A stretch of DNA of 64,000 bases from Candidatus Parcubacteria bacterium (GTDB taxonomy: Bacteria; Patescibacteriota; Saccharimonadia; UBA4664; JBIOIQ01), in the NCBI GenBank assembly GCA_963718875.1, contig OY970378.1:196396-260395 (forward strand). Direction: 5' to 3'. This document shows positions 57,758 to 64,000 of the stretch, piece after piece. The notes under the pieces are model-generated. The model saw only the letters and a program-made list of their open reading frames with translations. It was not told the origin of the DNA and did not search any database. Every line of letters starts with the position of its first letter. The stretch's first letter is position 1. Made by a program: the position numbers and the translations under genes.

Positions 57758-58906
57758 TTGGCACAGGAAAAAAAATCAGGGGACAAGGATTTAAAAGCTA
57801 CGAGTAAGTCGACCAAAAAGGACGAACCTAAAGCATTACCGCCAGTTAATAAAGCTAAGTCCGAAGTTAAACCTGCCAAGCCAAAAGAACCCGCTACATC
57901 AACTAAGGCCGATTTAGAGCCCGAGACATTTGGTAGTGTTGCCCCAATCGTGGAGTCCTCGTCGAAAACAGAGTCTAAGCCCAAAAGCCGAATTAATCGG
58001 AAAATTGTAGCCTTTGTGGGAGCAGGCGTATTAGCCGTAGCGGTTGTATTGATGGTTGTTTTTGGTGTGATGATTTATAAGTACAAGTCTGACAGTTCAT
58101 TGGTGTATGCTGTAGCCAAAGTTGTTCCTTATCCAGTTGAAAAAGTGAATGGCAGTTATATTAGTTACGGCGAGTACTTGTTTGAGTTGAAATCAGTCAA
58201 ACAGTACTACCAGAGCCAGACGACTCAAAGCGGCCAACAGGGGATTAACTTTAATTCGACAGAAGGCAAAGCAAAACTTGCTACTTTGCGAACTCAGGTG
58301 CTGACTCAACTTACCAACGATGCTATAACGAAGCAGCTGATAAATAAAAACAATATTAAGGTCAGCACCAAAGAAGTTAATAATCAGGTTGATCAAATTG
58401 TTAAGGCTTCCGGAGGACTTGATAAGGTTAAAAACGTCTTGACTAAATTTTACGGATGGACTCTAGATGATTTAAAGGTCAAGGTCAAATACCAGCTGGC
58501 GCGACAGAAACTACAAGACAAACTGTCTGCCGATAATAGCTTAAAAGCTCAAGCTAAGGCTAAGGCTGAAGATGTTGAAGGCCAGATTAAAGCTGGTGGT
58601 GATTTTGCAACGTTGGCAAAAAAGTACTCCCAAGATAGTTCGGCCGCTAACGGCGGAGATTTGGGTTTCTTAGCAAAAGGTCAGACGGTAAAGCAGTTTG
58701 AAGATGCCGCTTTTGCACTTGAGGTGGGTCAAGTGTCGCCGGTAGTTAAGACTCAATATGGATACCACATTATCAAAGCATTGGAGTACAATGCTGATAA
58801 AACCCAAATACACGCTTCACAAATTTTGATCGAGCCGATTAATTTTGATAACTATCTAAAAGAGCAAATTAAGAAGGCTAAGGTTAGTAAATATCTCAAA
58901 GTTTAA
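57758..58906 (+). CDS. SurA/PrsA-like parvulin peptidyl-prolyl isomerase
   Basis: FATLAKKYSQDSSAANGGDLG, VKTQYGYHII; SD AAAGGAG before TTG. Confidence 0.9.
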   Translation: MAQEKKSGDKDLKATSKSTKKDEPKALPPVNKAKSEVKPAKPKEPATSTKADLEPETFGSVAPIVESSSKTESKPKSRINRKIVAFVGAGVLAVAVVLMVVFGVMIYKYKSDSSLVYAVAKVVPYPVEKVNGSYISYGEYLFELKSVKQYYQSQTTQSGQQGINFNSTEGKAKLATLRTQVLTQLTNDAITKQLINKNNIKVSTKEVNNQVDQIVKASGGLDKVKNVLTKFYGWTLDDLKVKVKYQLARQKLQDKLSADNSLKAQAKAKAEDVEGQIKAGGDFATLAKKYSQDSSAANGGDLGFLAKGQTVKQFEDAAFALEVGQVSPVVKTQYGYHIIKALEYNADKTQIHASQILIEPINFDNYLKEQIKKAKVSKYLKV

Positions 58907-59005
58907 CTCTGGTTGGTCTTTCGTAGTCCTCTTACTGCAGGCTACTCGAACAATAAGATGGACTTAATGGTTCGATGATAGAAGAGATTACCTGGTTATT
59001 CTAGG

Positions 59006-59920
59006 TCACTCAGGCTTGTCTATGCTGTGACCACCAAATAATTGGCGCATAGCGGCAAGGAAACGGGTGGTGTCGCTGATTTGGCCTGCGCGGGAATCTG
59101 CACGAACTTTTAGGGAAAGTTCGATGGAAGGGAGAGGAATATTAGCGGCTTTCCCCGCCTCAACTGTCCAGCGACCTTCACCGTTTTCGGCAACATAACC
59201 CTCGATACCATTAAGGGTGGGGTTTTTAGCAAAAATTTCTTCAGTTAACCCTACTAAGTATGACTGGATGATGCTGCCGTGTTGCCAGACGTTTACTAGC
59301 TTGGCTAAATCAACGCCTTTGTATTGGCCGTTCTTTAGAAGGTCGAGCCCTTCGGCAATTGACTGCATCATGCCATATTCAATCCCATTGTGAACCATTT
59401 TAACGTAATGTCCGGCTCCTCCTGGTCCGAAATGACCTATGCCCCCTGGTTGGGCAATTACAGCCAAAATCGGCTCAACGTGGATGTATGAAGCAGCATC
59501 ACCACCAACCATGATGCAGTAACCGTTATTGCGCCCGCTCAAGCCTCCGGATGTGCCGCAATCGAGCAAATGGATGTTGTGATTCGAGATGAGCCTCTGT
59601 CCGCGTTCGATAGTATCGGTGTAATGTGAATTACCACCGTCAATAATGATGTCGCCGGCTTCTAAAACGCTAGCCACTCCTTCTGGGCCAAAAATTACTT
59701 CCTCAGTTGCCTGACCAGCTGGTACCATAATCCAAACAACCCTTGGGGACGGAAGTTTAGCGAAGTCGGCGTACTTTTTAGCATGTTCTCCGCCAAGGGC
59801 AACTATGGGTGCAACCTTGTCGGGATGGCGGTTAAAAGCCATAACTTCATGGCCGTTTTTTAATAGGCGTTCTGCAATACCGGCTCCCATTCTTCCAAGG
59901 CCAACAATACCAATTTTCAT
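59006..59920 (-). CDS. gnd: 6-phosphogluconate dehydrogenase (short form)
   Basis: IGIVGLGRMG, IIDGGNS, HYVKMVHNGIEYG, MRQLFGGH. Confidence 0.95.
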   Translation of the reverse strand: MKIGIVGLGRMGAGIAERLLKNGHEVMAFNRHPDKVAPIVALGGEHAKKYADFAKLPSPRVVWIMVPAGQATEEVIFGPEGVASVLEAGDIIIDGGNSHYTDTIERGQRLISNHNIHLLDCGTSGGLSGRNNGYCIMVGGDAASYIHVEPILAVIAQPGGIGHFGPGGAGHYVKMVHNGIEYGMMQSIAEGLDLLKNGQYKGVDLAKLVNVWQHGSIIQSYLVGLTEEIFAKNPTLNGIEGYVAENGEGRWTVEAGKAANIPLPSIELSLKVRADSRAGQISDTTRFLAAMRQLFGGHSIDKPE

Positions 59921-60630
59921 ATTTTTTTCTCCTCACTAGGGGTAGCGATTATTACCTGTTTTAGTTCTCTTATAATATTTGCTGGTATGTCGTGAGTTGA
60001 TAATTGCAATTGATTGTCAGTCAACCGACGCAATAGTGGTAGTTTAGAAATATCTTTGATCAGGACGATTGTCTCGTCTGAAAGGCGAAGCACTGGCAAT
60101 GTGAGGGTAATGCGTTGCGGATATTGACTGTCGTTGCGGTAGCCTACTACTAAGTTTTGGCTATCAAATCTTGTACTAAAGCGGCCACTATCAGCATCCG
60201 GTAAAATGCCAGCAATGTGAGAGTCAGGGCCTATCCCCAAAACAGTTATAAGCTGACGTTGCTCATGTATAAGGTATTGGGTCAATTGATACTCATACTG
60301 AGCAGCTTCTTCTTCAAGAGATTTTCCATGTAGGATTGGACTATAAATTGCCCCAAGTTGCTCAAGACGCGTAATGATACCGCTATTTCGAATGGCGGTA
60401 TCATTGGTGTCGATGTGGTTTGGGTTGGGATCGTAACGCTCGTCTACTAGCCCTACCACAAGTTGACCAGGTTCTATATTCAACTTGAGCCTGCGGGCTA
60501 GTTCTTCATAAATCCCTACAGCTGAGCCGCCCGACAGCAGCAGCAAAACCGGACCTCGTGCAAGGAGGTTGTTCAAACTGGTGGTGATGATATTAGCTGC
60601 TTCACTATAAGGCTGGTAAGCGATATTCAT
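59917..60630 (-). CDS. pgl: 6-phosphogluconolactonase
   Basis: LSGGS, VDERY, LGIGPDSHIAG, RITLT; gene context. Confidence 0.82.
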   Translation of the reverse strand: MNIAYQPYSEAANIITTSLNNLLARGPVLLLLSGGSAVGIYEELARRLKLNIEPGQLVVGLVDERYDPNPNHIDTNDTAIRNSGIITRLEQLGAIYSPILHGKSLEEEAAQYEYQLTQYLIHEQRQLITVLGIGPDSHIAGILPDADSGRFSTRFDSQNLVVGYRNDSQYPQRITLTLPVLRLSDETIVLIKDISKLPLLRRLTDNQLQLSTHDIPANIIRELKQVIIATPSEEKKI

Positions 60631-60738
60631 GTATACTAGCTTAGCAGGAAGTTGGTAATCAAGGCCAGCTTAGAATTTAATTCTTATTACTTGGAGAGTA
60701 AGCCATTGTCTCTGTTTAGCAGCGATTTAAGACATAGC

Positions 60739-62160
60739 ATGCCATTTGTACTTGTTATCTTTGGCGTTACTGGTGATTTAGCCAGGCGTAAGCTTATTCC
60801 GGCATTGTTTGAATTATATTCGGAAGGGTATTTGCCAGAACGTTTTATCATTTTGGGTTTTGCTCGTCGCGACTGGACAGTGAGTGATATGGTGGTGGAG
60901 GCTGGTAGTATTTTAGCGGTAAAGCCAAATGTTGATCAAACAAAATTGAAACAATTTTTTACTCATTTTGATTATTTACAGGGTAATTTTGATGCCCCTA
61001 CAGATTATCAGCGATTGGCAGCTAAGATGGAAAAGCTAGATGAATTAATAGGACAGTGTGGTAGAAGGCTGTTCTATCTAGCCACCCCTGCAGAAACATA
61101 TTTAAATATTTTAGCCGGTATAAAGTATGCCAAGCTTGAAAAGCCGTGCGGTGATAAGACAGGTTGGACGCGAATAGTGATCGAAAAGCCCTTTGGTCAT
61201 GATCTTGTTAGCTCGCAATCACTTGACCTTGAACTAACTACCATATTTGAAGAAGCACAGATTTATCGGATTGACCATTACTTGGCTAAAGAGACGGTTC
61301 AAAATATTATGACTTTTCGTTTTGCTAACACTATTTTTGAGCCTATTTGGAACGCTGATTACATTGAGCGTATTGAGATAGTGATGCACGAAGATTTTGG
61401 CATTGGCACTCGAGGTAACTTTTACGACAACACAGGCGCATTGCGTGATATAGTTCAAAACCATCTACTCCAGTTGCTGGCTCTTATAACCATGGAAAAG
61501 CCAAAAGTAGCAAATGAAAAAGCTTTTAGAGATGAAAGATCAAGGCTATTGTCGGCTATTCAGGTGTTTGACCTTGAACACTTAGAGCGGAATATCTTGT
61601 TGGGTCAATACGCTAGCTATATTGAAGAGCCTGACGTGAAGCCGAACTCAAATGTGGAAACATTTGCCGCAATTCACGCTGAGATAGATTTGCCACGCTG
61701 GAATGGCGTTCAAGTATTTTTGGTCACAGGTAAGCGTATGAAGTCTACTATGACAAAAATTCGCGTGGCATTTAAAAACACTCCTAATAACTTGTTCGAA
61801 GTGCCTTTGGCAAAAACAAACCATAATGTATTAACTTTTGATATTCAGCCGACCGAAGGCATTGGAATGCAGTTGTTAGCCAAACAACCTGGTTATGGGC
61901 GAGAGGTGCAACCTGTGACAATGCATTTTAATTATAGTGAAAACTTTAAAACTCCTGGAGTGGATGCTTACTCCAGGTTATTACTCGATGCTATTGATGG
62001 TGATCAGACCTTGTTTACTCGTAGCGACGAGGTAGCTGCGGAATGGCATTTTATTGACTCGATACGTGAAAAAGTTCAACAGCATAATTTAAGGCCGCAA
62101 ATTTATGAGGACGGCAGTGATGGTCCAATAGGGCTTAAGATGTTGATGGGATATCGTTGA
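60739..62160 (+). CDS. zwf: glucose-6-phosphate 1-dehydrogenase
   Basis: FGVTGDLARRKL, EKPFG, RIDHYLAKE, RDIVQNHLLQ. Confidence 0.97.
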   Translation: MPFVLVIFGVTGDLARRKLIPALFELYSEGYLPERFIILGFARRDWTVSDMVVEAGSILAVKPNVDQTKLKQFFTHFDYLQGNFDAPTDYQRLAAKMEKLDELIGQCGRRLFYLATPAETYLNILAGIKYAKLEKPCGDKTGWTRIVIEKPFGHDLVSSQSLDLELTTIFEEAQIYRIDHYLAKETVQNIMTFRFANTIFEPIWNADYIERIEIVMHEDFGIGTRGNFYDNTGALRDIVQNHLLQLLALITMEKPKVANEKAFRDERSRLLSAIQVFDLEHLERNILLGQYASYIEEPDVKPNSNVETFAAIHAEIDLPRWNGVQVFLVTGKRMKSTMTKIRVAFKNTPNNLFEVPLAKTNHNVLTFDIQPTEGIGMQLLAKQPGYGREVQPVTMHFNYSENFKTPGVDAYSRLLLDAIDGDQTLFTRSDEVAAEWHFIDSIREKVQQHNLRPQIYEDGSDGPIGLKMLMGYR

Positions 62161-62701
62161 AATATTCTATTTTATTAAGTTTGCAAACTTTTCGCGTAAT
62201 TTTTTGTAACTTGGGATTTATTATGATCTGGCAATAGTCAGGGCGATTAATTTCGTAATCGTTTTGAAAACTTTCGGCAGGGTAAAAATGGTCGAGCTGC
62301 TTGATCTCAGTAACAATTGGGTTGTCCCAAAGCTTGGCAGTGTCTTGCTTTGAAGACTCGGCCGTGACTTTTTGTTCATTGCTTGCGTATAAAATTATAG
62401 AACGATATTGCGTTCCCACATCGTAGGACTGTCGGTTAAGGGTGGTTGGATCGTGAAGTATCCAAAATACGTCCAGAATATCTTCAAAACTTATTACAAG
62501 TGGGTCATAGGTAAGTTGGACAACTTCGGCATGCCCTGTGGTGCCAGTGCAAACTCGCTGGAATGTTGGGTTGGCCAGGGTTCCGCCTGCATATCCTTGA
62601 GTTACTTTAGTAATGCCGTTTACGAGCTTGTAGGCGGCATCAAAACACCAAAAGCAACCGCCGCCTAAGGTTGCGGTCTGTAAGTTTATTGGTTTTTCCA
62701 T
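62135..62701 (-). CDS. msrA: peptide-methionine (S)-S-oxide reductase
   Basis: GGGCFWC, GHAEVV, GTQYRS; the C-terminus is probably altered by an A-tract indel. Confidence 0.95.
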   Translation of the reverse strand: MEKPINLQTATLGGGCFWCFDAAYKLVNGITKVTQGYAGGTLANPTFQRVCTGTTGHAEVVQLTYDPLVISFEDILDVFWILHDPTTLNRQSYDVGTQYRSIILYASNEQKVTAESSKQDTAKLWDNPIVTEIKQLDHFYPAESFQNDYEINRPDYCQIIINPKLQKITRKVCKLNKIEYFNDIPSTS

Positions 62702-62775
62702 GTAACTATTATAGCCTAGTCAGCTGGCTCTACACTGGTCTGAAAATAATTGAGGGAGTCTGCTACAATTAAATC

Positions 62776-64000
62776 ATGAACACCCCCCAACGCGTCCATA
62801 TCCTGGGAATTACTGGCCACGCTATGCGTGGCGTAGCCTTGGCTCTAAAAAAGCGTGGACATATTGTAACTGGTACAGATCCAGATGCCTACCCGCCCGG
62901 ATCTGACTGGCTGGATGGGCATAGTATTACTTGGTGGCGAGAACCTGACATAAAGCATCTTGAAGGTGTTGACATGGTTATTTTGGGAGGAGGCGTGTCG
63001 CCAGAGCAACCCGAGTTAGTTGAAGCTGTGGCAAATGGGATAGAAATTAAATCATATCCGCAAGCGGTGTGGGAGTTGATTAAGAGTTCACATAGAGTTG
63101 TCGTGACTGGCTCTCATGGTAAAACAACGACGACATCAATGATTGCTTGGATTTTGGAATATTCTGGCAAACATCCAGATTTTTTAGTCGGCATACAGCC
63201 ACATAATTTTAATACAAGCGTACGTTTGGAAGGGAGCGAGGTCGCGGTAATCGAAGGGGATGAGTATCGTAGCTCTCAGTTAGATAATAAATCTAAGTTC
63301 GACTACTATCACCCAAATGTTGTTATTATTACATCAATTGAGTATGACCACCCTGATTTATTTCCTGATTTTCAATCCGTTGAGCAGCGTTTTATTAATC
63401 TTGTAGGGGCTATGTCTCATGATGGGCGTGTGTACGTTTGCGGAACCAGCACAGAGGCTATGGGAGTAGCGGCTAAATCGGCGGCACCCATAACTACATA
63501 CGGGCCGGGAAGCTTTTGGCAAGCACGGGACATTGAGTATGGATCAAACGGCTTGGTGTATAAATTATTTCGTCACGATGAAGAGCTTGGGATTGTTCAC
63601 TTGCCGCTATACGGCGAACATAATGTTACAAATAGTTTGGCGGCATCGGCGGTGGCCATAGACTATGGAGTCGAGTTTGGGCAGCTTCAAAAAGCCTTTA
63701 GCTCATTTAAGGGAGCGTCGCGCCGTTTTGAGCGTGTGTCAACTAGTGATTCTTCCGTAATAGTGATAGATGATTATGCTCATCACCCTACTGAAGTAGC
63801 GGCGACTATTAAGGCTGCCAAGCAGCATTTTAAAGGCAAGGTTATTGTAGTATTTAGGCCCCATACTTATTCCCGTATACTGGCGTTAAAGAATGATTTT
63901 CGTGAGGCGCTTGAGCTTGCAGATAGGGCATTTGTGGCACCAATAGAAGGAGCGCGTGAAGGACTAGTCAGTAGCGTTAGTGGTGCTGACATTGTCCAGG
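62776..64000 (+). CDS. MurC/Mpl-family ligase, partial (runs off the window end)
   Basis: own translation: HILGITGHAMRGVA, VTGSHGKTTTT, IEGDEY...KSKF, RRFE, IDDYAHHPTE. Confidence 0.9.
   Translation, partial: MNTPQRVHILGITGHAMRGVALALKKRGHIVTGTDPDAYPPGSDWLDGHSITWWREPDIKHLEGVDMVILGGGVSPEQPELVEAVANGIEIKSYPQAVWELIKSSHRVVVTGSHGKTTTTSMIAWILEYSGKHPDFLVGIQPHNFNTSVRLEGSEVAVIEGDEYRSSQLDNKSKFDYYHPNVVIITSIEYDHPDLFPDFQSVEQRFINLVGAMSHDGRVYVCGTSTEAMGVAAKSAAPITTYGPGSFWQARDIEYGSNGLVYKLFRHDEELGIVHLPLYGEHNVTNSLAASAVAIDYGVEFGQLQKAFSSFKGASRRFERVSTSDSSVIVIDDYAHHPTEVAATIKAAKQHFKGKVIVVFRPHTYSRILALKNDFREALELADRAFVAPIEGAREGLVSSVSGADIVQ

Noticed and set aside
1-64000. CRISPR array
   Set aside because: No regularly spaced identical repeats with unique spacers, and no cas genes.

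Overview
Chromosomal segment of a reduced-genome bacterium, most likely Patescibacteria/CPR (Saccharibacteria-like). This is inferred from gene content: a type IV pilus locus without a secretin, CPR-style DHH, NDK and PPIase proteins, and many apparently leaderless genes. The backbone is housekeeping: rpsT, truB, rpsO, pnp, udg, rnj, purF, ftsK, rodZ-like, yajQ, recA/recX, rpsF-ssb-rpsR, efp, tlyA, ychF, pilMNO-pilB-pilT-pilC-pilin-pilD-minor pilins, xerC/D, mnmG, uppP, ndk, tRNA-Arg, gnd/pgl/zwf, msrA and mpl/murC. Several accessory layers are interleaved with it. (1) Six solitary, visibly GC-rich orphan transcription units with an SD leader and a long GC hairpin; one encodes an LAXTG sortase-type surface protein. 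(2) A four-helix-bundle gene inside 28-bp inverted repeats built from heptamers, plus many cargo-less hairpins with a 7-nt period but different unit sequences. (3) A RAYT whose promoter shares a 17-bp operator-like sequence, in identical register, with the recA promoter. (4) Several REP-like families, including nested palindromes, in-frame insertions and a ~121-bp structured element placed right after stop codons. (5) Leader-peptide attenuators upstream of a monomeric PheRS-like gene and an AlaX editing gene. Several single-base frameshifts in conserved genes look like long-read indel errors. All calls were made by eye; no searches were run.
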